Source: Oikopleura dioica (Eukaryota > Animalia > Chordata). From it: a stretch of 64,000 bases of DNA. The position numbers and the translations under genes are program-made. The notes below the pieces were generated by a model. It had not been told where the DNA came from. It saw only the letters and a program-made list of their open reading frames with translations, and made no database searches. The stretch is taken from NCBI GenBank assembly GCA_907165135.1, contig OU015570.1:2501929-2565928 (forward strand), in the 5' to 3' direction. Shown piece after piece: positions 10,903-22,044 of the stretch (positions are counted from its first letter, which is position 1; each line of letters begins with the position of its first letter).

Positions 10903-11781
10903 CCCGTTAACAGGCGCGAGGCCCTCTCAGGGCCTTTTGGCCTTTGAAGCGCAATAAGATGGTCTTGGCTCTATTTTTTACGAAAATTTTTTATATTTTT
11001 GAGAAATTCGATCGATTCTCTATCCGTGTGTTTGATTCCGGAAAGAATTGGCCTAAAATAAAAAAAATGAGAGGCGAAAGAAAAATTTCAATCGGCGAAA
11101 AAAAGGGAAAGCGTAATACAATGCGCTCGCCTTTTCCCTTTACAGTCGTTTTCCATCTTTAGAGCGTTTTTCGGATGACAAGGGTTGACCAAAACGCTCT
11201 TAAGTTGGAAAATTTACGATCAAACTAGGATGACAGTGGGTAAAAATGATGCTTATTATGCATAAAATGAGCTCTTTTCAGAACTCTAACAATGTATCCG
11301 AGGTCATTTTTACCTATTTATGATAAAATATTTACGATCTTTCAATCAGAATGAATGATTTCACCTAAAAATAAGCGTAGAAAACATCATTTTTAATGAT
11401 TTTTAAGGTTAAAATAAACGTTATTCTGATAATTAATTAAAAATACCCAAAAACGCTCTAAAGTTGGAATTTTTGCTGATGACAAAATACGGAAAATATT
11501 GGCAAAAACGCTCTTAACTTGGGCGCTCTTAAGATGGAAAACCACGGTAATTGAATCTCAGCGCCGAAAATGACGTAACTTTGAGCTCAATTTTAACCCA
11601 CTAATCGAGTAAGAAAAAGACTAAAACAAAATCTAGAGGAAAGATTAGACGCTTGTGAATCATCTGGTCGTCTTAGAAATGAATTTCTTAAGCTCAATTA
11701 CTCAGAAAACGCCAAAATGTCCGAGGCCCTCTCACGGCCTCGCGGCCGTTAACCCCTAATATTCAGTGCCTAGTTAATGGG
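10903..11781. mobile_element. piggyBac-type MITE with nested Tc1-type MITE
   Basis: TTAA|CCCGTTAAC ... GTTAATGGG|TTAA; homologous to 2378-2848. Confidence 0.88.
11143..11547. mobile_element. Tc1/mariner-type MITE
   Basis: TA|CAGTCGTTTTCCATCTTTAGAGCG ... CGCTCTTAAGATGGAAAACCACGG|TA. Confidence 0.75.
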
Positions 11782-12787
11782 TTAAGTTGGGTGATTCTAC
11801 AACTAAGTTGGATGAAGCTAAAATTTTTCTATTTTTGGAGTAAGGGACTGAATCATTGGAATCAAAAATGAAAGGCGGAGTTGATTAAGGCGGAGCACAT
11901 CGTCAGTATGAATTCAGAAATTTACCCGAAGAAGAACGAATGTTTTCTATTTGTGTTTTTATATCGAATTTATATCGAAACATTAGTGAGTCATTAATAG
12001 TGAGTCATTAATAGTGACGAGGACGCGCTAATTCTCAACTTTCAAGTGTAACTAACATAAAAATCGAGTTTCTACCTCGCTTAATACTTCCATATTTTGG
12101 TTTTGTTCTAAAAAACGTGAAAATGTGTACCCAGTTTCGGAGGAATAGTTCTAAGAACCAAGTTGGACAGCAGTGTATCAAATATCGGGCCGTTTTTCGT
12201 AGATTTAGGGGACAAAATATCCGAACCTCAATAATTGAACTGTAATAAAAAATCGAAAAATTTAATGTTATCCAACTTACTCTGAAAACCAATCCCCTTT
12301 TATCATTTTTAAAATTTCTTGTCATCAAAAAAGGGGCCTTAAGTTAGGATTTCACTGTAGATCAATCTTTTTTTTCGGGGCAATGCATTGAAACCATCGT
12401 TAGATCCCAAATATCGCTCCCTTCGAAAAGTTTCTAGAATCAAATTCAAACAGAACAACATGTTTCGGCTTTCGTGACAAACTCAAGAATCGTGACATTC
12501 GTGACATATTTAGTGGCGACCTATTCTCTTGATATTGCCTTCTGAATTTTCTTTTAGATATTCGGTTTTTCTGCAGGAATGTATACTTCAACAGATTTGT
12601 AAAGGCATGGCATCTTAAATTTGTCAAGTTTTCTTTGATACCCGCTGAGAAAAATACATGGTCGATTTTCTTATAATATTGATCTTGATGTCGTTTGAGG
12701 GGTAAATCCTGAAAATATCAAGCTTGAGAGCCTGGAAGCGAAAATCGACGATTTTTATACCGACCTCACAGAAAAGGGATTATTATA

Positions 12788-13004
12788 CCGCGATTGGCAT
12801 TTCTGACTGACTGATTCTGATTTTCGAGGGAAATAGCTAATCAACCAATTAAAATTTGACTCTAGTGTCTCTTCTTTTAGAGTTCCGTCAAACCAGTGAC
12901 GCCTACGCAATCTACGTTACAAATCTCCTATGTTTTTTGCATGGAGAATTGTAACGTCAATGTGCATCTTTCAAAAATCAGTCAGTCAGGACTGCCAATC
13001 GCGG
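12788..13004. mobile_element. TA-flanked MITE
   Basis: TA|CCGCGATTGGCA..CTGACTGACTGATT ... AATCAGTCAGTCAG..TGCCAATCGCGG|TA. Confidence 0.8.
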
Positions 13005-13087
13005 TAGTTAGGCTTCTCGCTTAAAAATTCGGGTCGAACAAACCTGCGATATTGCCGGGTTTCACCTTTTATTCTTAAGGAGGACCG

Positions 13088-13170
13088 ACATTTTAATCAC
13101 TTTGACATTTTAATCACTTCTGCACTTTAATCACTTTTGCATTTTAATCACTTCTGTTGACAGTGATTAA
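13088..13170. repeat. Minisatellite (CATTTTAATCACTT x4 plus one inverted copy)
   Basis: Direct inspection. Confidence 0.75.
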
Positions 13171-14049
13171 AATCCAAAAGTGAATGAATTTTCACATTCG
13201 ATGAAGTTATTTGAAACTTCAAGTGACAAGTATTTTAGGAGCTGATGCCTTTTAAAGTTGAGCATCTCGTTTTCTCTCTGCAGAATTCAAAAATAATTCA
13301 AACTGGAGATGAAAGAGGAGAAAAAAACTATATATGCCCTGAAAATTTCATTTAGTTTCGCAAAAAATAAGGAAGTGAAAGGATTTTTTGAAAAGTGGCG
13401 CGAGCTAGGTGCGCGTGGTCCCTTAAGAAAATTTTTTTTCACCTGATCAATCATGCTAAAGCTACTTGCAAATTCAGATAAGCGTCTATTCTTCTTAGTG
13501 TGCAAGTTTTAAGGGCAGAACAAAAGCCTACTGAAATTTTATTTCCGCTTGAAAACACCCCAAAAAGGCGTTTTCTGAAAATTCGAATTTTTCAAGAGCC
13601 TATGGTGGCACGTTTGGCATTTTGAAAAGAGCTAAAGCTACTTGCAAATTGCAATGAAGGCATAAACTTTTATATGCAATTGAAATTAGATAAATTCACA
13701 ATGCAAAACAAAATTGATTTTAAGTCAAAGTTGGCGATTCCGCGGGAGGATCCCTTAAAAAGTTAATTACAGGAAACATTTTTATCAATTCCGACCTTAT
13801 CGTAGCTCCTCCCCAAAAGGGTTGAAAATGCCCTCAAAGTGCCGAAAAATGGCCAATTTCAGGAATTAGGTGATTTGGACCTCTACGAGAATCATTTTTA
13901 AAAATTTTTTTATATAATTCGAATAAAATGGCCCATTTTAAATGGATCTCGTTTTTAAAAAATGATATCTCTACCCTTTTTTTCGAATAAAACATTCTGG
14001 AAAACAGTGTTTTTCACATTTTATAAATACAATTAATAAATTGCCACGT

Positions 14050-14441
14050 TAATCTACCCTGCTGTACAATCAAAACTCGGTAAGTTTGTCCGGGTTTCCC
14101 CGTTTATTTAGGCACAGTCTCCCAAAGGTGTACAGGATCGTTCCAACGGTCTTCGTAGCGGCTGGATTGGCTTCGGTGAGGAACTGAACCTAAAGGCTCA
14201 GTTATTGTCGGTTTGGGACGTCAGTGTATCTCTCAAGAAAAGCCTTTTCCAGCTCATCCGAGCTCTTACCTCGCGGGACCTCGGTTCGGGTCTGGCGTAG
14301 CCAAACAGAGTCGAGGTCAGCGAGATAATGGCCTTTCCTAAGGGCGAGTCTTCGACTCCCCTATTATCTCATCTTGAGCTCGCCGTCGTTACGGAGCTTC
14401 AAGATGGGGTATTCCCCTTAACGTCCCCCTTCTTTACCTGA
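14050..14441 (+). CDS. Possible spliced orphan gene (intron 14080-14111; in-frame TAG at 14298 unexplained)
   Basis: GTAAGT..TTTAG intron joins LLYNQNS|AQSPKG..; TGA at 14439-14441 lies 7 bp from the stop of the convergent gene. Confidence 0.35.
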
Positions 14442-14448
14442 AATGCCA

Positions 14449-15774
14449 TTATCGGCGCTGGATACCCTTGTTGCCCCATCGTTTTTTGGCGCGGGGCTCG
14501 TCGCTTTGTCGATTGGGCGCCTGTCGTTTGAAGCCAGGAAAGTTCTCGTTCGTCGAGAAGCCACTTTGCCGGTACTCGATATTGGAGCGTCCTCCCGTCA
14601 TTACGGACCAATCCTTCAAGAAGCTTGGGAGCCTGTTGCTTCGTCGCACCTCTCCGTTATCCATCGTGAAGGCGCGGAGACGACCATTGTCGCCGCCGGT
14701 CACCAAGTTCGTACGCTGGTTATTGTCGAACGTGGCGATCTGCGAGATGCGTTTCAAATCGGACTCGAGCGTGAGGAATTTGTAGAGACTGTCCAGCTTC
14801 CAGCGGTCGGCCGTTCGCAATGCCTCTCTGTAGTTGCGCATTTTCTCCGCGTTTGTGTTGATCGCGTCACGCGTCGCTTCCGCCCATTCGACCACTTCAG
14901 CCGTATCTCCCGATTCCGGAAAGTTGTCCACCTGAAAAGAGTTAATAGAGCATGTCGAGAATGGTTCGTTTACCTTGCCATTTAAAGACATCTCTGCGAG
15001 AAAGTTCTCTTAAGCGTTCACAGCAAACTCGGCGATTTGTGAACAGGTTACCTCCGAGCTTTCTTCTTTGATCAACTTCTCCACTGCGGCAAGCGACTCC
15101 CGTTCTTGGAAGACTACGCGTCTTCCTGTCTCGCTCGTAAATCCAACCGCGTAGAGAAATCGAACGTGAAGTACGAAACCCTGCATTTCCGGTGGTCCGT
15201 TCAGCGAGAGCGTGAACAACTTCTTCTGCGCCCAGTTCAGAAGAGCTGCAAATGGAGGCGAAACAGGCAAATGCACTCGCTATAATTGAAAGGTAAGATA
15301 ATTGAATTCTCGAGGACTTACGTTCTCCGGGAGGCTGCAAATTCCTCTATCGACTTCCCTCTTGCGGTCCATCCATCGCTCGAGGTAGCCCATGAATTCC
15401 TTCACATCCGGTTTGTTCTTGACCTTGTTGACGAAACTGAGCTGCTCGAATTCTTTCATGAAGCTACCCGGGCGCACCCCGCTATTCAGCTTGGCCATGA
15501 TTGCGTCATTCTTCGCGTCGGACCGTTGCTGCTCTAGAATCGCGATTTGGGACTTTGATGCCAGCTTATTCTTTTCGACTGACTCGTCGACTTCGAGAAA
15601 GCTTGGTAGAAAACCCCCGCTAGGGCCAGCCGAGCCATTGTTCGCTACCATGGATGACTCATCCATTTTGTCGTCACTTCTCCCCTCGGGCCGTTCCTCC
15701 TCAGCTTTTTCGGTCAGCTTTACGTCGTTTAGCTTCTTTTCGAGCGAGCCTTGATTTTTGTCGACCTTCACCAT
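14449..15774 (-). CDS. Spliced orphan gene, ~400 aa, helical core with basic R/G/N-rich tail
   Basis: ORFs 15280-15846, 15010-15276 and 14449-14991 share a frame; GT-AG introns at 15321-15280 (GTAAGT, 42 nt), 15051-15007 (45 nt) and 14973-14932 (42 nt, TTTTCAG) remove both internal stops in frame. Confidence 0.65.
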
Positions 15775-15817
15775 CAATACGAGTCTTAATATCAACCTTT
15801 TTAGAGAAGCCGACAAC

Positions 15818-16588
15818 ATGCCGCATGTCCGAGTCAACTCCGCCATGTTGGAATTTCAGAACAACGCTGTTGGCCGAGATTACGAGTACGACTTGTTCGA
15901 GTACAATTTACTGTCTCCTCATATTAGGCTTTCTCAGCGGGTCCCGGGTTATAAAGCTCGATTCGTGACTCTCGGATTACTCCGTCGCGCGTTCGATTCC
16001 CTCTTTCTGACAGAAGAAGAAATTGCTACTGGGACTATTACCGTTCATGCTTCTTTTAAAAAAAAACAGTTTCACGAAATTAGTAAAAATGTTAGTGAGA
16101 TTATTTATTCATCGCCTATTTTCCAGATCGCGACAACCTAGAAGGCTTCCGGATCCCGAATCGAGGGAGTCCCGATACAGATCTCGGTCATCTGGATGTC
16201 GTCACACAACTCCGTCGATTTCCGAGATATGTTTGACGCCTTCTGTGAAGCAGTATACGATCTCAAGGCCGAAATGGACGATGATCCGAGTGTGCGGTTG
16301 AGAATTACCGACGATATACATACCTACGCTCTCAGCTATTCGTGTTTGTCACGCTATTTAGCATCTAGTATCTAGAGATTTGCTCTACCGTTCCCGAAAA
16401 AATTTGACGATGACCTCCGACGAGGCGTTAGAGTGTTTGGAGAGAACAGGTATCTATCGGGAATTCTGCAAGCGTCGAGTCTAAATTTAGGTTTTTATTT
16501 TTTCGAGACGACTATTCAAACTGGCTCGTTCTCTACATTTGGTTCCGACAAGCACGCCCTGCTTGTTGGCTCGGTTCGTGCGATTTGA
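15818..16588 (+). CDS. Spliced orphan gene, ~215 aa
   Basis: TTTTAG acceptor 13 nt before ATG; GT-AG introns at 16091-16141 and near 16342-16375 and 16451-16491 give one open frame ending ..LVGSVRAI*. Confidence 0.55.
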
Positions 16589-16613
16589 GTAACTAAAATG
16601 ATCGTTTTAGAAC

Positions 16614-17236
16614 ATGAATCCTGCTCGTTCTGGATTATCGAGAAAGTACATCCCTGCTCTCCTCGTTCCGGAGGAAGAGGGCGCGGATAACGAATCTTTT
16701 CTTACCCGGCTCCAAAATTGTGTCCGCATTTTCGGCGATACCGGTCAGCTCGTCAACTTGGTTACTGTCTCCGGAACTGATTGTAATTACGGTATCGTTT
16801 CCATTTCCTGAACGCGTTGATGAAATGATTTTTAGTTGCTATGCGCCTTCGGCCTGATATGAAATTCTGGACCGTGTACCAGCTTGACGCCCTGCGCTTT
16901 TTCGCTATGTATTTGTATTTGAATGTCGAGATTCACCAATTTCTTGGCAACGTAAGTACCTGAGTCGTATGCTGAGCACATTTTGTCCAGCATGGATGAG
17001 TTGCCGCTCGATGATGAGTAATTTAGGACGAGATCACCGCGAACCTTTGTCTCGCCATCAACTGGATCGCTAAGAACGCCGAATCGCGCCGCCTTCTCCT
17101 GAAATATGGGTTTTATAGGCTTCTTGTTCGATATGTGAGCGTAGCTTGTGCCATCCCGTTGCCGTTTCGCACTGTTGTACATCGCGGTGTCCGCTACACC
17201 GCCTTTCCGTACGATTGTTTTCAAATGAGGCGTTAG
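16614..17236 (+). CDS. Spliced orphan gene, ~167 aa (exons 16614-16791, 16836-16951, 17027-17236)
   Basis: TTTTAG|AACATG start; introns of 44 nt and 75 nt (GTAAGT) keep the frame open to TAG at 17234. Confidence 0.6.
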
Positions 17237-17278
17237 AACAATTCTCGCCGGTATAGATTCTAGTTTTTTATTTCAGGG

Positions 17279-18138
17279 ATGTGCAAGCTCGTGCCGCTCG
17301 GTCTCGGCGAAGTGTGGGTCGGCAAACTGTTAGTTGAACAGTTTCCGGAGGGCTTACCGCGCAATGGCTGTCGCCCCGAGTTTCCGAATCAAGAGATGGA
17401 TGGCCGGCAGCCTGAAGGGAACGCGTGCTTACCTGTCCATCCCGATACCCTTGACCTCACACGGTTATCATTCCGCTATTGACTCACCTACCCCGACTGG
17501 CGAGTCTCGTTTTCTTCGATCCGCTGCATTCTGCCTAACTCCCTCGCTAGCTGCACACATTCGAATGCTTTTTTTACCGTTTTATACCATATTCCGCATT
17601 ACAAGAATAAACTCGCAATTTCAAAAACAAAACGGTTTCTTGACGATTTTCCCTTATCAAATCGTCCATAATTGCCGCTGCAACTGAAGCGTTTTCTCTC
17701 GACCCCGCTTTTCCGAGAATTGCCGCCAAGTGGTCCACCCCTTTGTTTACAAAGAAGCTTCTTTTCGATGAGAATCGGGCAGCGTAACCCCGGATTTGAG
17801 TCTGCTTTCACCGGTAGGCTTTAGCCTTTTTGGAGTCGAGAAGCAGAACGCTGAATCCATATCGTCAGATCGTTCCCGCTTCTTATAGGGTTTCATTTTA
17901 TCTAAAAATGAATTCCGTTATTGCCTTTCTTACGTGCAGCTGCGTGGTGACGTGGCTGAAACCTACTTGCAGTAAAATCGGAAGGGGATATTCAAATTTT
18001 GTTCCCGAGCACAGATTTCTTTTCCGACTTTTTCGATTCCTAAAGAGACGTGATAAATACTCCTTATATCGAGTGAACTGTGTACCTAATCGTTCTTCGA
18101 AATGGGCCCCGTTTCCAGTTCCGGTTGTACCACTTTAA
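17279..18138 (+). CDS. Probable further orphan gene, exon structure unresolved
   Basis: TTTCAG|GGATG start; protein-like stretches in shifting frames; a GT-AG intron candidate near 17811-17870. Confidence 0.3.
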
Positions 18139-18568
18139 CTTTATCTAGAGTCCGTTTCATCTCTGTTCGAAGATTGCGGCGTACTTGGTAGTTTTTCTGA
18201 ATCGTGAAGAGCATGACGACAAGTCGTTGGCGATCTCTAGTCTCGTCGGATGCTGACTCCCCGACCATCTAAATTTCGATATGTTTAAATGTACTCCCCG
18301 CGCCTTTTCCGGCATTTTTGTCACTTATCAAGTCGTGAAAACCGAGTAACTCGTCACAAGTTGGGCATTTAATCACCCGATCGTCTAGCAGCGGTTGGAC
18401 TTTGTCTCTCGAGCACGGGAGACACCAGCCAAAGCATTTATCATGCTTGTTCGTTCCTAGCAACTGAGGTCGGGTTTTATCATCGAAAGCTTCGTGGCAA
18501 TTGCCGCAGAAATCGCTTTCGAGCAGAAGCGACTTCCAGGGCTCGACAACGATTCTTCGACCTGCCAT
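18086..18568 (-). CDS. Variant RING-finger protein followed by a coiled-coil segment
   Basis: CGNC-x17-H-x2-C-x3-CLPC-x15-CPTC; CTTAG|AATG start; TAG at 18271 is directly followed by an in-frame ATG (intron or second cistron). Confidence 0.7.
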
Positions 18569-18654
18569 TCTAAGTTTATAATAAGTTTATCAATAACTAG
18601 TTTTTGTTATTTCTCTAGGAAAAATCGTCTCTATTTATTCCTGGAACATTTATA

Positions 18655-19308
18655 ATGAATAATGATGCAGATCAAATAACAAACTTTGTTTTAGAAAGAT
18701 GCTTTTTCGCTTTCGATCCACGCAATAGCCGCCTCTGTCCATTCGAAGGTAAAATGCCGAGGTCGAAAGTCGGCTCGAGGGCCACAACGCGAGACTCTCC
18801 CATTCCGACGCGGAGCCGCCTCAAGCGCAAATGTTCAGCCGACACTAACGACAAAATAATGACTTCACATGCACCCGATCGCAAGCGTATTCGACAGGCC
18901 ATCAGTAACTACGTTTCCATCCACCAGGTCTTTTACTCTAATCTAGACAAATAACGCCAATCGCTCGCTCTGAAAACTTGTAAACGGAAGATATACGAAT
19001 TGGAATCAACAATCTCGCAATAGTCAGCTCTCAAACGAAAATCTTCCCGTAAACTACCCGCGAGCCCTAGTTACAGCCCAATCCCTTGTGCTGTCTCCGA
19101 AGGTGTTCCCGAAAGTGGGTTTATGGACCTGTCTGGATCGTCCGATTGCAGCGACCCTTTGCTCGGATATATAGACAAGGCGTACCACCATTTGTCGGAC
19201 GTAAACATGCGTCGACGATCGCACACACAACCTTCTTTGCGCTTGCCGGCCTTTCAACGATCATCTACCGATGAGGCCTTGTTTGGAGATGTCACTCCCT
19301 TTGGGTAA
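18655..19308 (+). CDS. Probable orphan gene, exon structure unresolved
   Basis: Acceptor-preceded ATG; ORFs 18655-18954 and 19123-19308 share a frame with two stops that overlap GT-AG intron candidates. Confidence 0.35.
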
Positions 19309-19398
19309 TAAATAACTCGCCATTATTACAACTTCAATCCATATTTTAGTCGCAAACTCTCGTCCGTACCCAATTTATTTCCAGAATTCGATAACGAC

Positions 19399-19897
19399 AT
19401 GCTTTCTTTATTCCGGCCCCATGACGATCTCTTTGTCCAGCATACGCTTGTCAACATGCGGGAGAAGTTTTGCGGGCATTTTTCATCCGAGCAAGTGGGC
19501 CAGGCACGCCTGGCACATCCGTACGTCGACTTCGAACCCTTATTTCGGTAGAATGTACATTTCTTTTCCCTAAGCGAAGTGTTCTAGTTACGTTGGACAT
19601 TGTTTGCGGGCCATGCAGATCGGAATTTTCTTGGAGTTCGACCTAAAAGTTCCGCCCCGGGCTATTTATGTTCCCCGCGGTGAGTTGTCTGAGGAACAAA
19701 TTATGTTTGGCCGGAAGTTAGCTTCTACCCTGTCTGTTTATTTGGACCACCTCCAGCGTTACTTTTTGATCGACCAGCTTATTCTGCCTTGCAATGATGA
19801 CCCGGTACTGGCCAAACATCACGAGATCTCCGCAGCTGTCGCCCAACTCGCGACTTTGTTTTTCGACCTAAAATTTCAGGGCGAGCGCCCTCGTTAA
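19399..19897 (+). CDS. Spliced orphan gene, ~152 aa (intron 19548-19587)
   Basis: TTCCAG acceptor before ATG; a 40-nt phase-2 GT-AG intron joins ..EPLFR|YVGHCLRAM.. in frame with ORF 19604-19897. Confidence 0.6.
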
Positions 19898-19917
19898 TTC
19901 AAATTCGATTGCCAAAA

Positions 19918-20749
19918 ATGAAACCAGTTGAGGTTTTCACAATTACTTCAGAAGTAAAAATACTGTTTCGACAAAAACTCCACTGACGAAAGCTCCTGCT
20001 CTTCCTCCAACTACTCCGCTGTCCATCGCACAGGAGAAAGAGCAAGTTCAAGCTCAGCTCGACGCCCTCTCATCGGGTCAAGGCCCTTCTCTTCCTGGTA
20101 TACCTACTATCGACCGTATCGTCCGTCGTCGCACCGAACGACGCCTTGTCAAACGGCTCGTGAAACTCCGCAAGCAGGCGAACGAATGGAAACCTCCTCC
20201 TCGTCCCAAATGCAACGCAAGCGCTGCAAAACCTGCTGCCTACGGCGCTTTGTTTGACATTCTTACGACTTTCTTCTGGATTGGTCTCGCTTTGGGCTTC
20301 ATCTTTTTGGTTCTCAAGGTTACGGGACTTTGGTACTTGATCGTATGGATTTATCAAGCCTTTTGCTTTCTAGTTGACGGAGTGGTAAGTCTATAATCCG
20401 CTTAATCTTCATTTTACGTGAATCATAGCTTTGGTGCGTGTCCTGGCTGGGTGGAGACGACGGCGTCGGTGAACAACCCGAGGTCTCCGCATTCAATGCT
20501 ACCGCTCTTGTCGACGACACCGTCGATTTCATCGCTAACTCTTCTGTCGCGCAGCGCGTCTCGTCCATCGATTTTTCCGGCTTGAAGAAGACCTTCCTCC
20601 CTGAATGGCTAACCTCTTTTTCGATCGTCTTTTCGGCACCGATCAGGACCTCTTGTTTTTCCCATCAGCTGAAGAAGTCTCCCACAGTTCTGGGATTCTT
20701 GCCAGATCTCGGCGATGGTCCGATGTCTTCGACGATGTCCCCATCGTGA
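19918..20749 (+). CDS. Spliced orphan membrane protein (intron 20385-20428; one homopolymer frameshift near 19955)
   Basis: A GTAAGT..CATAG phase-0 intron fuses ORFs 20160-20396 and 20438-20749; long hydrophobic segment FFWIGLALGFIFLVL..YLIVWIYQAFCFLV. Confidence 0.6.
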
Positions 20750-20759
20750 CTCGCGAGCA

Positions 20760-21860
20760 GATGCGTCAGCGCCAGCAATACCATGTGTGGAGATACCTGA
20801 GTGGAGATTTGGCGGTGCGAAACCGATTGTTTGGTAAATTTATTAGATTAGCTATATAGAATCTGTTATAATTGGTTAAATCAATCGCTAAACCCTGCAT
20901 TAGGTTCTCCTGTATCTTCGGATTCATCTGTCTTCTCACGATCGGCATTTGTTGGCGCTTCGAAGCTTGTTGTGAGGCGATGGCCGGCTGCTTTTTTTCC
21001 GCTGAATCATCGTCCTGGGCTAAAGAGCGACGCAAACAAAGAAGGACTGCGAAGTCGAAGCACAAACTCGATGAAAAAGCCGCTGCCGCCGAAATCCGAT
21101 TCAACGAACTCAAAACCAAACAAGACATCTACGACATGCAGGCCTCTTTTTTGATGTCGAACCTCAAGAATCGACAAACTGTGGCGGAGCAGCAAGTGCT
21201 TCAGACTGGTCAGGTATCCACCCGAACTGCTGAGCAAATCAGGCGAGCGTTTGCTGCTCTCCAGCGATTTCACGATAAAACTCCCGAGGAGATTTCTACT
21301 GAGGAGGAGACCGGCGGGGCTTCGAAATAATTCTGTTGACAGAATCATTCTGTAGAAAACAGAACTATTCTGCTTTAGTAAATTCAAAGAATGGATGTGC
21401 GCTTCGCGCCTGTTTTTCAGAAAACTCCAGAATTGAAAGTATCATGTTTTTTGACACTCTCTTTACATTTTTACCGCCGCACTTACTCATTTCGGGCAGC
21501 AATCATGCCTTATTTAAATTTTGTTAAAACAGAATAGTTCTGTCAAACAGAATGATTCTGTCAACAGAATTATTTCGAAGGCCGGCCGAGGAGACCACTG
21601 GTTTCCGCTCTCGACTCCGAAAGGCAAACCCGTTGAAGGTACCTAATCTTCTTTTCCTTTCGGTTTAAATTAATGTTTTCAGGTCGTTTCTTCTCGAAAC
21701 TCCCGCAAGAAAGCTCAACAGAACCGAGTGTCTATTGTCATGCCCACTGCTGGACACTCAGCCGTATCGACTTCCCGCAACGACCATGTTGCTGAAACTA
21801 CCGTCTCCGCTCAACCTAGTGCGTCAGGAGGACAACTTCCACCTGCCTGGTCTTCTTAGC
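20760..21860 (+). CDS. Orphan transmembrane plus coiled-coil protein interrupted by a MITE; last intron 21639-21682
   Basis: ORF 20872-21330 has a Cys-rich hydrophobic segment then a charged coiled coil; a GT..TTTTCAG 44-nt intron lies downstream of the MITE. Confidence 0.5.
21320..21580. mobile_element. Foldback MITE with ~50-bp TIRs
   Basis: CTTCGAAATAATTCTGTTGACAGAATCATTCTG ... CAGAATGATTCTGTCAACAGAATTATTTCGAAG. Confidence 0.85.
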
Positions 21861-22044
21861 TGATTTGACGCTTCTTATCTCCTGCTTGTTCCACTGTAAA
21901 TGTAAATATGCTCTCCTGCGAAACCTGCGAAATGCGATGTTAACCTCGCCTCAAAAAAACTGTAAAATATCGAAAAATACAAAAATACTAACAAAATTTC
22001 TTATGCAACCGTATTTATTACCGAGAGATAATTTCGTGAGGGAT

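Noticed and set aside
13900-14050. Search for the element A 3' LTR at the far end of the gene cluster
   Set aside because: No match to the 53770 onward sequence and no PPT found by eye, so the cluster-element link remains unproven.
14443-15754. Plus-strand ORFs 14443-14985, 15286-15537 and 15392-15754
   Set aside because: Antisense shadows of the spliced minus-strand gene.
16120-16185. Faint resemblance of ATTxKASGSRIEGVPIQI to a Pif1/RecD helicase motif
   Set aside because: The resemblance spans a predicted intron and no Walker A/B motifs are present.
14449-18568. Idea that only genes antisense to element A keep introns (retro-cargo signature)
   Set aside because: The sense-strand gene 14449-15774 has at least two strong GT-AG introns, so intron polarity does not support retrotransposed cargo.
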